Below are positions 1 through 13,224 of a stretch of DNA of 64,000 nt, one piece after another. The stretch comes from Bilabrum cf. latius (Eukaryota). Position numbers and translations under genes: made by a program. The stretch lies in contig OZ237744.1 of the NCBI GenBank assembly GCA_965178125.1, forward strand, positions 62,001 to 126,000, read 5' to 3'. The number at the start of each line of letters is the position of its first letter. Positions within the stretch are counted from its first letter, which is position 1. The notes beneath the pieces were generated by a model. It had not been told where the DNA came from. It was given only the letters and a program-made list of their open reading frames with translations, and did no database searches.

Positions 1-3000
1 GTCCTCCTGGGCTCTGCATCGACCCGTCTGCGGACATCGCGCTGGCCCCGCGGCCGTGCCCTGCGGGCATGAGCTGTCGTCTCGACTACCCGTGGTGGCC
101 TCCCTCACCGCCCGGAAGCTGGATGTGGCGCCGCGAGGCCGCAATCTCGAGGTTCCGCATGGAGGCGAACTGCGCCATCATCATCTGTCTGGTGCGCTGT
201 GCGTGCTTGCGCATCTTCGAGTGGGGGTCGTGGTGGGTCGTGCAGCAGTTCTGCAGGACGCAGCCCACGATGACAAGGGCCACAAGCGATCCGGTCACGA
301 TCAGCGCGATCAGGCCGGTCCGCGTGCCGAACAGCCAGTCAGATAGTTCTCCCAAGAAGCTGGTCGTCGGGAACGTGCTCGTAACTAAATCTTCTCTTGA
401 TGCAGCGAGCTGCACGCAGCCGGGCCGCTGGGCATACACTGCGGCCCAGTAGGAGCCAGTCTGCGACCGCTCCGTCACGAGCAAAGAGGCCTAGCCGTCA
501 GCAGACGCCTGAATGGCTGCAAAATCTGCGACCTGTCTTGGCAGCACCGTCGCCACCAGGAGGGCCGGCACGGCGCGCAGATCGTTCGGATCCACCGCCG
601 CACCACCGCCGCCACCCACGCCTGTGCCTGGAAGGCCGATCACGACGGCATCATCGCCGTCGTCGGCGACACCAACACCCTGCCCGTTGTCGATGAACGC
701 GGGTGCATCGGCACACATCATGTCAGAAGCGTTCGTGGACACGTTCACATCCAGCGGGTGTCCCACCTTTAGCCTGAGTGCCCTTCCGTTCTGCAGGGGC
801 TGCTGCACCTTGACCAGCACTAGGTCGCCCTCGTTCATGTACTGCTTCTGGTCGCAGATCGAGCACAGGAAGTCGAGCGACTGTGCAGCGTCCACCAGTC
901 GGCTGAAGTCCTGGAACCGCGGGGAGGAGCACAGCGCGTCATCGCTGCCCCAGCCGGGCAAGCACTGGCACTGCAGTGATCCACTAGCGTTCACCAGAGT
1001 GCCTGACCCGCCGCACCTACGAGCGGTGCAGAAGTCGATAGCGGGAGACCGCAGCAGCGGACTCCCAACCGCCGCGCCCGTTTCGGCCGCCTCACCCTCA
1101 TCCCCATCCACCACCACAGCGGCACTCGCGTTCGCCGCCGCCTCCTGAAGATCACACAACCGGTCCACGCTCTCCAGATCTGTGCCGGTGAAGTCGACAG
1201 AGCTGGCTTGCACCCGCCGCGTCCCGGCCTCCTGACCCTCTGCATCCTCTCGTGCCGCGAGTCGCTGCGCCTGCGTGCGCGCGGCTGAAGCAAGGTCAAA
1301 GCTCTCATCGGCGATTGCCATGAGCGACAGGTCCACGGCGGCGTCCGCCTTTGCGTCCCTGGCGTTGTGCACGCCGATCACGAGGAACTAGGCCGTGGGG
1401 TCTTCGCGCGACACGAGGAGCGTCTGCCTGTGCTGGCCCACCGGGGCAATGGCTGAGCTCGTCGGGGTGCCAAGGATGTCCCACCCGACCCCGCTAGCTC
1501 GCGAAGCGGCTGTTGCGTTGGGATCAATTGCCTGGCCGCCAGAGCCACCGCTGTCTAGAACAGCCCGCTGCAGCTTGCCGTAAAGTCCGTTGGCTAGCAG
1601 AGCCTGTGCTCTCGCTGCGTCCTCCGTCACATTCGTGGAGGCAAACGACACCACCGCCTCGGTCTCGCCCTCCAGCGCCCGGCGATACCCCGCATAGTCG
1701 TACATGGCCAAGGCACCGCTAAGCCGGGCGAGGGGGCGGTTCAGGCGGGATTGCTCGAATGAGGCCACAACCAGAGGCCTCGCCTGATGCGAGCCAGCCG
1801 ACCTCGCCAACGCCGAAGCGCGGATCATGTCCAGCCTGACTTGCTTCGTGGACACGCCCAGACGGTGGATGAAGTATCGCCACTCGCCGGGTACGATGGG
1901 TCCCGCGAACGCCACATCGCCGCTCTGCAGTGGCGGCGCCTCTGTCTCGCACCTGGCTCCCTCGAACCCGAACGCGCACTCGCATTGCTGCCTACACACG
2001 GACCCCTCCCCGCCAATGCCGTGCCCGCTGCAATCGAATAGGTCGGGTGGGCACGCCCCCGTGGATACCTGCACGATCAGCCGAGCCTCCAGCCTGGCTC
2101 CGGCGTACCTCCCGTTCGCAACATCGACGAACAGCAGCTGATTGGCTGTGGTGCACGGGTTGTCTTCATCCTCCACCGGAAGAACCCTCTCGTACGAGGC
2201 CACGACCTCGTGGGTCTGCTGACCCGCGGCCCAGGCTCGTCTGTCACGCAAGGTGTCGGCCCCGCCTGCCTGGGGCTGTCCGTCCCTTCTGACGAGCAGC
2301 AGCGGGTCTGGCCTCCCCGCCAGAGGGTCCTCACCGGTAGAAGCAAAGTCTCCTGCCGATCCCGGGAGCGGTTCCAGGCGTGCGTACAGGGAGATGGGCT
2401 CGCTGAGCGGGAAGGTAAGCGAGTGTAGGCGGAACAGCTCCTTGAGGCGGCGGCGGTCCAGCAGCATCATGGTCTCCTACGAGCCCACGTCCAGGGATAC
2501 CCCCATTGTGAACGCAAGCGTGTGCCGAATGACGCTGCCAGGACGCGTCACCTCGACGGGGGTGACTGTGTCAGTGGTCAGGTAGCTGGAGCCGTTGGAC
2601 GATGCATTGGAGCCTTGCTAGCTCGCATCCACCTCCACCGTGACCTGACTCCTGGTCACAAATGTGACGTTATCCCGGCTTACATCGAAACGCGGGAAGC
2701 CCAGCGTCGAATGGCTAGGTACCGATCCGTCGTTCACCGTGATGGTGGCCCGCCCAGTGCGCGAGGCAGCGGCACGGCTGACGGGGTTGCCTGCTGCCGC
2801 CGAGCCAGTCTGTCCAGGCACTGTGGCGTTGCCCCGAATGTCATACTCTCCGCATGCGATGCCTTTGAACCCGTCCGCGCACTCGCACCTGGGCCTTGGG
2901 GCAACGTACGTAGTACCGTCGTCGTCCGAGCGTACGATGTAGTTCGGGTTCTCCGCAGCCGACTTGGTCGAGTCGTAGCCGTCCAAGTCTGGCCACACGC

Positions 3001-6000
3001 ACGTGCCGCGAGACGCTCCACCGCAGTCGGGTCGCCCGGGACAGTCGACAGCGGCGCATGTAAGCCCACCCCTCCAGCCGTACAGCACGCCCTGCACGCC
3101 GGGTGAAGGATCCGTGTCGGACACGAAGTTGCACTTGCAGGCCCCGTTCTCGCAGGGTACACCATAGGCACAGTCGAGGGTGGAGCAGGGGTCGCGCTGT
3201 AGACTGATTTCAACCTGCAGCGACTCGGGAGCGACTGCGGCGGCAAGCATGGTTCCGACAGAGGACAGCACGGCTTCTCCCGAGCTGTCCTGAGGGTCCA
3301 GGCGCATCTCCGTATAGTACCGCGTGCCTGCAACACCTGGCGTTGTGATGGTGCCGTTGCGATTCGCCGCGAACCGCGGGCCGGCAGGCGAAAAGGTCGT
3401 CCGCTGGAGGCCAGGCCGCCCATCCGTGGCATAGGACGCCACCAGTTGGGGCGGCTGGACGGAGGGGTTGTAGCCAGGGGGCGCGCCCACCACGGTGAGC
3501 CGGAGCAGCACGGCATACTCGAGCGAAGGCAGATCGAACGCGAAGTACTCGTACTCCTGCCTCTTTAGCGTGCCGGACCAGGCCAGCCATTCTCCCTCCC
3601 CGCTGATGTCAGCCGCACCCTCCACGCGCACCAAGGAGTTAGACTCGCCGCCCGAGCCTTGCGAAGCCTGCGCGCGCCGGCGCCACGCTGCGGCAGCGCC
3701 AAAGACGTCGCCCAGCTCGTGCACCTCTAGCTCCACGCCACGCACCTCTTCTTGGTCAAATAAGATAGGCCTGCTCTCCACGCGCCCCATCCCGGATGGT
3801 TTGGATGAGCCAATCATAAGCTGCCGACGGCCGAGGCCCAGCTCGATGCCCAGCCTCTCCTCGAGGGAGAGAGCCCTCCGACGAGCCGCACCCTGGTCGC
3901 CCGAGCCGCACTAGTCGCTGCCCGCTCCATTGTTGCCGGATCCAGTCGAGTTCGCCTGCGCACCAGTGCCGTTGCCGCTGCTGCCACCAGCGTTCAGGAA
4001 CTCTGGGTCTGCCGCCTCGCCCACGTAGCCGAGGAACGTAAATCCCACGCGACCATCGACAACTTGAGAGCAGTTCGCGCCCCGGTAGTGCACGTCTTCG
4101 CCGGTGACCTCGTCCACCTGCTCTGCGCAGATGCAGACCCCATTCTCAGAATCGCACAAGCCCTGCACGGCACCACTGCACGCCGGGGTGCCAGGACAGT
4201 CACGACGGCTGCAATCAAAACCGGTGAAGCCTGCGTCGCACTCACAAACGCCCCTTTGATCGTCACAAGTTCCTCGTGCACTGCACTCGCACACGGGCTC
4301 CCCGTTCGGGCCCGATCCAGCCACCTGCAGCAGGGGGTTAGCGGAGCACTCCGGTGAGGAGGAGGCCGCGCATCCCTGCAGAGCGCAGTCGCCCGCGCCG
4401 GGGGTCGAGTCCTTGTAGCCCTCGAAGCAGCCTCGAGAGCCTCCTTGGCTGTCCAGGCACTACCCCGCGCCGGTGTCGCAGAACCCGTGGCCGGAGCACT
4501 GGGTCATGTTGCCGCTCGTTGCGGGGCCCTTGGGGCATTCCTGCAGGTCGCAAGAGTACTCGGTTGAGCCGAAGAAACCGGCATCGCAGACGCACCTGCC
4601 GTCTTCCTGGCAGGCTCCATGCCCACTGCAGTCGTTCACATCGCATGGGTCTCCCGTGCAAAGCACAGAGGCGGGCGGGCAGTCTAGCGTTCCAACGAAC
4701 TGCGAGCCCGAAATGTCACCGAGGTTGACATTGCCGCCGTCCTTCGGGCACGTCACGGTCAGCTAGCTCCCGAATGAACCCTGCAGCGTGACCTCCAGCA
4801 GGTTCGTCTGCAGGGAACACGTGGCCTGCAGGCAGCCAGAGTGCTGCGACGGTGTCCTCGTCACGGAAGAGCGCTGGTAGGTGCCTGTGAAGCACCTCGA
4901 CTGGCTGGATGGCAGCTCTCCAAAGTACCAGAGGCTCCTGGTGTTGGGGTTCTGGCAGTCCCCCGAGGATAGTCTGGCGTAGTGGGGGCACATGTCCTTG
5001 TACTGGTCCGAGCCTCCGAGCCTGGCGTCGGAGAAGTACTGGTAGTCAACGTCAAAGGGATAGCGCACGAGATTGCATCGGGCCTGGTATCTCAGGTCCA
5101 CAGTGCACCCCGGCTGGTCCTGCACCGTGCAGAAATACCGGCTGCTCCAGTCGGAGCATCTCTGAGTCACGAAGGAGCAACCCTCGCCCCTGCCCCAGTG
5201 CAGGGTCTCTGCCCTGTCATAGGACACCCCGTACCAGCCAGAGTCCTGGAAGAGTGCCATGGAGATGGCGGAGTACACAGAGTTGGGGTCTGCCGTGCCC
5301 GTCATGAACTCGTTGTCCATGTCCCGCTTCTCCCAATGAGACCCGGCGGTGCCTGCGTAGCGATAGTAGAAAAGAAACAAATGAGGTGCTCAGCAGTTCA
5401 GGTGAGCAGTTGTGCACATACACGAGATTCATAGCATACAGGGCACGGGGCACGGGTGGTAGTCACCAATCGTGCGAACGGCAGTATGGGGTCTCAGCAG
5501 GAATCTGCTGCAAACCACCGGCAAGCGAATGCTGCGCGCTGCTCTCACCCGACCCTCCGAAATCCTCCAGCGCCCCTCCCGCGTTGGGCCAGCTGTCGCA
5601 CCCGTAATGCTCCTTGGCCTTCGCGATGACATTCTGGGTCACTATCTTCTTGATGCCGGTCTTGCCCAGCTCGTTGAAGTTGCGGATGATGTTCGAGTAG
5701 GACTCCCGCACGTTGGTGCCGGGCTTGCGGAAGGACGAGAACTTGCTCGAGCTGAAACCCAGTGCGTGAGCCTGCGAGCAATCGGTAATGGAAAAATAGG
5801 GGGGAGCGAGATGGCGGCGTGGGGGCGAGGAGCAGGAGGAGGAGCAGGAGGAGGAGGGCGGGGCGCGCGGGCGGCGGCACCAAGCTCACGATTTCATGGA
5901 TAGCTGTCGAGAGCTGCAGAGCGTAATCCTCCGGGGCCGTGGATATCCTCGCGGGTGAGAAGTTAGCATGGCCTGACACGGGGCGGCCGTACTGGTCGCT

Positions 6001-6983
6001 CTGGCAGGTTAGCGCCCACGCGATCGTGGATCCACCAGTGGGGCGAGCGGTCACGTGCAGCAAGAAGTCAGCGTTCGCCACACCGGTCGTCCTATACTCG
6101 CTTGGCATTAGGGATTCGCAGCACTTGAAGGAGTAGTAGACCACGCCCTCGCGGAAGCAGCTGAAATCCGCCATCGGGCTGTTCAGAATCAAATTTCCCT
6201 GTACCGGGGACACGGAAAGCGTGTCACTGAACCATTCCATGGCTTCCACCAGAATGGAATCCCTCAAAAAATTCTTCTTCTCGTTCGTGAGCACATCCTC
6301 AGCTTTGCATCGGTTTCGAGAATTGGCTGAGGTGCTAAGTGTAGGCAGGTACTGCGCACCATCCGACGCGCAGTTGAGGTTGCCCTCCCTGTGATAACAA
6401 AAGGGTATCCACTACGCTAAATATGTGATCACTGGCAGTAAATTTGTTGCAAGCTGCCAGCAGTCTTGCGACCACGCCAGCATGGCGCGACCTCATGAAG
6501 GACACATGAACGACGATGCACTCAGCGGGAAACGACGTGCAGGTATAATTAATTGCTTTAAAACATGCCTTGTCACCATTTTACTTAAAATAGGACTCAC
6601 CCAGTGCCGTCGAGGGCTCGATCATCCAAAACAATCCGTATCGGCTGCAGTGTTGACTGGAGCTTGCGAGTTTGCGGGCCCACTACTGTTCGGTTGCCCA
6701 TCTAGAAATGAACAGGCCGTAACACCTCTGACGCAGTTCCAGTAGCACCGTACGCTTGTTGAGACTGCGTGCGGCGATGGTGGTCCTCATGTCCAATGCT
6801 CGCCATAATCTGGTCATGGACGCACAAATGGTGGTTGTGATGGTTATGGTGGTCCTCTGAAGGCAGACTGGCCAGTTTTTGCCGCGATTCTTCCACTAGT
6901 CGGCGTGGTATTCGGCTGCATGACACTGAAGCAGCAGAAAGAGCCGCCACAGCAACTACCGCGGTAAACCTCCGCCACGCCAT
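1..6983 (-). CDS. Leishmanolysin/GP63-like zinc metalloprotease (peptidase M8) with EGF-like repeats and a C-terminal transmembrane helix; >2150 aa, 3' end runs off the window
   Basis: ATG at 6983 with signal peptide (MAWRRFTAVVAVAALSAASVSC) and propeptide HLCVHD. Introns 6389-6600, 5772-5889 and 5353-5548 (all GT-AG) join the motifs QPIRI, HEI|AHALGF (HExxH) and LEDFGGS|GTAGSHWEKR..NEFMTG. Several CSGHGxC EGF-like repeats and a TM segment (LIALIVTGSLVALVIVGCVL). One frame continues through in-frame TAG at 6702, 4763, 4460, 3911, 2618, 2477, 1388, 491 and 86. Confidence 0.92.
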
Positions 6984-7235
6984 GCTGGTTGAAATCGCCA
7001 AGAGACGACAAACTGGACTCAACAGTTCACTTCTTGTTTTGGATAAGTACTCAGCTATTCGCGACGAGGGCAGGTAGGTGCCCTCAGAAACCGTCCCGGA
7101 CCTGTCGCTACAACAACACGTTACAATTTGTTAAACCAGGCAAAACCACTTTTGCCACACGACCTGTGCTGCAGCAGCTATTTGGATTGCGAGATACAGT
7201 CAAATTAAAGCTCAACTAGAGTGTTTCAGCTACTC

Positions 7236-8981
7236 TCACAGGGCGCAGCCTTCGCAAAGCTTCCAAGTCTCAAAACCCGTACCACGGTCGCATTGCGACA
7301 AATCCACACTGCCCTTGCGGTAGCAATTCACCTGGCCGCCCCCTGCGTCAGATACAGTGATCCCGTCGCACTCCGCCGTGGACCGGCACTTGGCCTGGCA
7401 CGCCTCCAGCGACATGACCCCGCAGCTGGCCCCGGGGGGGTGCTCTAGGTCCCTTGCACCGTGCGGTGGATTCCCACCCCTCGCGCCGTAGCAGTTGAAT
7501 CCCCTTGCCTTCGCCCAGGCGCCCCGCACCCATTGGTCAAACCCGCTCCCCACGTCGCACCCGTCCAGCGATATCTCAGATTTTCGGAAACACGCCACGT
7601 CGCCGTCCTTGCCTGCCTCGGTGCTAGCCGCAGTCGTGGTTGTAGTCGTCACACCGGTGCACCCATCCAACCCGTTGCACTTGGCGAAGCAGCTGTCTAG
7701 CGGCATGCTCCCGCACGAGCTGCTGGGTGGCATCTCCAGGTCACTGGCCCCGTGGCGGGTGCCGGTGCTGCCGCGGGCTCCGTAGCAATTGAGGCCCTGT
7801 GCGCGCCCAGGTGGCGTTTGGGGGAACAGGCTAGGGGGGGGCGGGCCTGGTGGCAGGGGGCTTGCACAGCAGCTCGTCGATGGCGCGACCTACCGCCTGC
7901 CTGGATGAATCCACCGGTGGATTGAGAACGAGGTAGGACTGGTTGACGCCAGGAGTGACCCAGGTGTTTGCCCCGTTCTGGTCCACGTGGCACCTGCCGC
8001 CCCGTCCCACCTCGGTGCAGTGCACTGCCGGGTATCCTCGAATCGCCGCCATTGTGACGATGGGGTCCCAGCTGCAGCGCGGGTTGCCGGGGCCCTGCTG
8101 GTCTATGATGGCACGCCGGCACGGGTTGGAATCGGGCGCGCAATCAGTCAGGACTCCACCGGTGTACACTTCATCTCCAATATCGGAGAAGATCTGCTCC
8201 ACGGAAGCCGGCATTTCATCCACACCGATGGCAGAGGTGCCTGCGCAACCAGACGTGTTGTACACACCCGAAGCGCAGTTGAAGTTGTACGTCGGGTGCC
8301 CGAACGGGTGCTGAGGCGGGTACCAGCCGCCCATCCACACCACTCTCTTCACCTTCGCAGCCACCAGGTCGGTTCCGTTGAGTGGGCTGGCCTCGTCTGG
8401 GCCTGACTGAAGAAGTGCGGCGATGTTGGTTACGAAACCGATCGACGCGATCGTGATGCCCTGGTCTTCAGCATTCGCCAGCGCCCTGCGGTACACAGTA
8501 ACTGCGTCTTCCACCTGACTGGAGCTCGTCACCGGGCCTGGAAGATTTGCCACGATGTCGTCGATGTAGTGGCCCTTGACCCATGCGCCGCTTGGGGACC
8601 GACCGAACGGGCCTTTGTACGCACCGAGGGTCGTCTTGTCTCGGTTATACCAATGCATCAAACTGGACACAGCACCTGCGAACCAAGATGAACTCGAACG
8701 CGATAATGGCTCGGTCGCTCAATGGTAAGCGTGGATCTCAAAGGCGCACCATCGCTTACCGATTGCCTTGGGATAGCCTACATCATGAACCACCGCGGCA
8801 ATGCTAACCTCGCCAGCATCCTGTAACGCATTTGCCATGCATATTGCGATTACATCATCAACATCATAGGATGCATCGGTATATCAATGATCAGCTAGGG
8901 TGTGCCTGCGTCTGGTGCACCAATTGCACTGGAGGCAACAACTGTACAGACAATTGCGTAGCGCATGCATGCATGAAACAT
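7236..8981 (-). pseudogene. Secreted inosine-uridine nucleoside hydrolase-like protein with two C-terminal Cys-rich (PAN/apple-like) repeats; two apparent frameshifts (pseudogene or assembly error)
   Basis: ATG at 8981 with a hydrophobic leader. The motif LIIDTDASYDVDDVIAICMANAL is intact only if an extra AT at ~8881-8884 is removed. Intron 8676-8759. Motifs ITIASIGFVTNIAALL, VVWMGGWYP and RCSWDP are present. A second frameshift in the GCGCGC run at ~7801-7806 separates the hydrolase from two repeats (WAxAxGxNCYGARG...DLExPPxxSCGxMxLxxCxAKC). In-frame TAG at 8895 and 7831; ends TGA at 7236-7238. Confidence 0.7.
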
Positions 8982-9122
8982 CAAAAGTGTAGCGATACGT
9001 TCTGGTCGCAGGTCGCTCGCTCTGCTGGCCAAAACGAGCTTGGAAACTGGATGCAGGACCGGAACCAAATGTTGAGGGGCAGCCCGGCTCCGCCGACGCG
9101 CAAAAATTGCTCGATGCGTGGC

Positions 9123-12100
9123 ATGAGTGCATCAATCGCTAATTTTTTATGTATTGCCAGCCTATGCTGTCTTCGATCAACAGTCGCACTGGAACCCGAC
9201 CGCACAGTTGCAGTTGGCACTTCTCTTGATTTGGATGGGCAGGAGCTTCTCTGTGCTCCGAGAGGATACAATACTTCCGGGGCATCATCCAGCACTCAAC
9301 TGCAGCTAGACGCTCCGGGAGAGTACTTGGTCAGTGACGCTGGGACGAACCGAGTCTTGCACGCGAGCTCAACTGGATACCTTGTGGAGCATCCGGTGCT
9401 ACTGCAAGCATCGTTCACGAATTAGTCGTTGGCGCCAGGGCAGTCATCGTTTGATGGTAGCTCCGATTTTCGCTGCAAAGTGTTTGACGCGGGCGAGTGC
9501 GAGGCAAGCCTTTCCTCGCAAGGATTGGAGCTGCGCCCACCTCATAGCCATGCTGGGATGAACTGCGCACTGCGAGTCTCCGAATAGTCTGCAGCATCAC
9601 CAAAACCAATTGGAGCGGCAGTGAATTTCTTTCTGGAGCCGCTCAGCACGGAAATAGTAAATCTGAAGGTGCAGTAGGGAGCAACTGCCGTTGTTGGATT
9701 CGAGGTGGAGAGGGGCTGGACCAAGACAAACCCACCTCAGCTTGCCATCGAGCTCGGGCCTGGTCTCACTGGCGACCGTTCCAGTGGGGATGAATCAGAA
9801 ACCGTAAGGCTTGTGTCGGCAGGCGCGGGTCCCTTTGGCAACTCGACTGCAAAGGTCCTGTACTCCGTCCCTCTTGGCACCTGCTTGCCCACGCTGCACT
9901 CGTACGGCATACGGGTGCAGCTGCTTGCCGATAGGCAGAACGCTTCGTTTGTTGTCACCTGCGACGGAGGTGCCACTGTGCTCCGATCGCCGACCATGCC
10001 TCACGGCTTCGATCCGACGGCGTACGGACTCTGGTCCAACGGAAGTGCCCTGGTCTTTGCAGGTGCTCGCACGGCAACCGGTGGATTTCGGCTGACCAGC
10101 CGCGAGCGTACGCAAGCCTAGCAAAGCGAACCCCAGCTGAGGCTGCGCGGACTGACGATCAAATCCAACATCGGTGACTGGACTCTGCCAAGCGTGCTGC
10201 GGCCGTACACGGACACCGCACCAGCGACAAGCGCCTCGCTTGGGTCAGACCAGCCGATGCTCCCGAGCCTGGGCATTCTAGATGCCTCCCAGGAGCCCTT
10301 TAACGCGGATGGAACAGGCCGAGAGGACGCCAGCGGTGCAATCCGAGCAGCAATGGAATACGCCAAGAGGGAAGGCCTGGTGACGTACCTGCCGGCCGGT
10401 AGATACCGGATTGAGAGCACGGTGGAAGTGGTTCAGTTGCAGCGGCTGAGCATGGCGGGGCAGATCGATGCCGCGGGATTCGCAACTGAAGGTGCTGGTG
10501 CCTCTGCCCCTGTCACGCTGCGAGGCCATCAGCGACACCCAAGCGGCGATCGCACCGTGCTGTTCGTGCCGCCCAACACGCCTGCATTCTCGAACGCATC
10601 GTCTCCATCCTACATGCTCCACATCTGGGCCGAGTGCTTCGAGTCCTGCGACGAGGTCAAGCCCCAGCCCAACATTGGGTTCAGCAACACAGTGGAGAGC
10701 GTCGACTTCGAGGTGCAGGGAGGCAATCCGGGCGCGGTGGCTTTGCACAACCGAGGGGCACAAGGCACCACCATCGAAGACGTGAGGGTGACTCTGGCAG
10801 GGGACGCTCTGGCGGGGATCATGGGCCTACCGGGGTCCGGTGGCGCGTCTGCCAACGTTACGGTCGTTGGCGGCAGGTATGGGATCGACGGGCGTGGGGC
10901 GCAGCCGGGTCCCACAATCAGCGGGATCCGACTGCTGGGCCAGAGGTGCTCTGGTCTCGTGTACGGTGGCCTAAGCTCGCTGGCTGCGACTGGCGTACGC
11001 ATTCAAACGGCGCGTCTAGGTGACGGTAGCGGCCCGCAGCCCCCGGCAGTTGTCGCCGGGTGCCCCGTCGGCGGCCAGCTCTGGACCAACGCTTCGGACC
11101 CGACTGGCTGCCAGCTTCACACTGACTTACGGATTATTTAGCCTTGCGGCGGCGCTGTTTCGGGCCAGCTGTCTCTCGTTGATGCAGACTTGTAGGTGGG
11201 CTCCTACCGGCTGCCGAGCCGCGCCCAGCTGCCGGTCACACGGCATGTAGGCAGTCACGAGGCCAGCGCGGCGGTCATAACGACTCGCAGCGTGGTGCTG
11301 CAGAACGCATGGATCCGGGGTGCAAACTTGTCCGTGGCCCTAGAGCAGGACGACGGCCTTCCCCTGCATGGTGGAGCATCGGATCTTCTGGGCCCTGGCA
11401 CTGCTGCCGGCAGTGTTGCATCTAGGATACGTTTCTGGGCGAAGGGGCTCCTCCCACCGTTGTATGCGCGGGGCAATCGAACTTGGCAATACACGGCTCC
11501 TGCTGTGGTGAATGGATCCCTTCATGAGACCGGTACTTCTGTTGGGGGCATGAGCCTGTGCTTCGTGGCGACGAGCACTGGGCTGCGACACTCTACCCTG
11601 CGTGGGCTGGTTCCCCACAGCCTACCGCCTTGTGAGCTGCCCTCTAATCTTGTCGACAGGCACACATTTGGGCCAACGCGAACGTTTCCGTCCTGGGAGG
11701 CCCTGTTTGATCCCAATGAGAAAGACCGAGTGTTCAACGTGAAAGACTTCGGGGCACTCGGCGACGGCAAGTCCAACGACTTCGCTGCCATCACTGCAGC
11801 CCTGGCGCAAGCGAAGAGAGTTGCAGAGACATTTCAGGATCACAGTCGTGCAGATTCGAAGCACAACTCTGCTGTCTCTCCTCCAGTGGTAGTGCTGCCG
11901 CGCGGGGCCTACAACGTGAGCAGCACGATTCGAGTGCCCTGCGGAGTGGCGCTGGTCGGGGTGGGGCGGGTCTTCTCTCGTATTAACTCTGCTGCCAACG
12001 CCCGGTTCGTGGCTCCAGCCGTGGCACTTCCAGCGCCAGTGGGGGGCGTGACACAAGGGCCGGTGCTGCTGGTCGAGAAGTGCGACAGTAGCCAATCTAG

Positions 12101-13127
12101 ATCCGTTGATAGCAGGCAAGAGGATGCCCCGACTCACGAGGCTGGGGTGCAGGGCACTAGCAGCCCCGGCGGTCCTCCGGCACTGGGCACTGTCCTATCG
12201 CACATTCTGGTGGAGCTCTTCAACGCCGACAGCGCGCACATAAACGCATCTGTGGTGCTGTGGTTGGGCGGATTCCGAGGAGGGCAGCGGCAGCGGGCCA
12301 TGGACCAGGGCGACCTGGATGAGTACAGCATCGCAAATGTATGGAGGCAGATGAACCTGGAGCGAGGCGGTGTGTGCGGGCCGCTCGGCGGGACGGAGGG
12401 CTGCCAGCCGTGGAGACAGTCGCCCGAAGATGAGCTGCAGCCTTCTGCCTCTCTGCATGCTGATGCTGCGATGCATGCCGGCAGTCTCGGCCAGGTGATA
12501 CCGATTCACATCGGTCACCACGACGAGGCGTGCCTTCATGTGGCAGGGGCAGAAGCATCGCTGAGTGCCTACGATTTCATTAGCGGTTGCGGCGCAGAGT
12601 CAGGGGGCCCAGGATTCCGCCACGTCCTCATGCAGGGGACGAGCGGGCCGGTGCGGTTTTACCACCTCAACGCAGAGAGGAGCATGGGCGCCGCCAACAC
12701 CGAGGTGAGGGGATCTAGCGGAATCCGGATTTACGGGCACAAGACAGAGGGCAACATGGTCGCGGTGTGGGTGCGGGACTCCAGTGACGTCCTTCTGACA
12801 GGGTACGGCGGAAACGCCGCTGCATTTCCGAACACGAGCTCGTTGCCGCCGCCCTACCCTCAGGGGCTGGCCCCGGTGCTCTTCCGGGTGCAGGACACGA
12901 GCGAGTTCCGATTTTACAACCTTGTTGATCTTGGTAGGGTGCAGGGGGGTGTTCCGGGGCAGGGTGCGGGGGAGGGAGTTGACCCTTCCTCTTGGAACCT
13001 GGCGCTGTACCCGATTGGTCGCAACGGGACAGGAGCGACCGGTAGGCTCACACCGGTGCTGGCACGGCCGGTGGTCATGGGTCAGGGCAGCTGGGCTGTG
13101 AACTTGCAAGGGCCGGGCAGTAGCTGA
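9123..13127 (+). CDS. Large secreted beta-helix carbohydrate-active protein (two pectate-lyase-3/GH55-like modules), ~1334 aa, no intron needed
   Basis: Signal peptide MSASIANFLCIASLCCLRSTVA (alternative ATG at 9114). Two N-terminal-type motifs: ADGTGREDASGAIRAAMEYAK..LPAGRYRI and NVKDFGALGDGKSNDFAAITAAL..VVLPRGAYNVS. Single frame through TAG at 9423, 9585, 9675, 10119, 11139 and 11193; ends TGA. Confidence 0.75.
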
Positions 13128-13166
13128 GGCCCTTTGGTTGCGTCCAGCGGTCGGGTGATCCGTCGG

Positions 13167-13224
13167 CGTTCAAGACGATGGTGGGCCTGAAGACCACTGG
13201 CGGTGCCGTGAAGAAGGAGATCAA
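13167..13224 (+). repeat. 58-bp exact direct copy of the 3' coding end of the downstream phosphate-carrier gene (14908-14965)
   Basis: cgttcaagacgatggtgggcctgaagaccactggcggtgccgtgaagaaggagatcaa occurs identically at 13167-13224 and 14908-14965. Confidence 0.95.
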
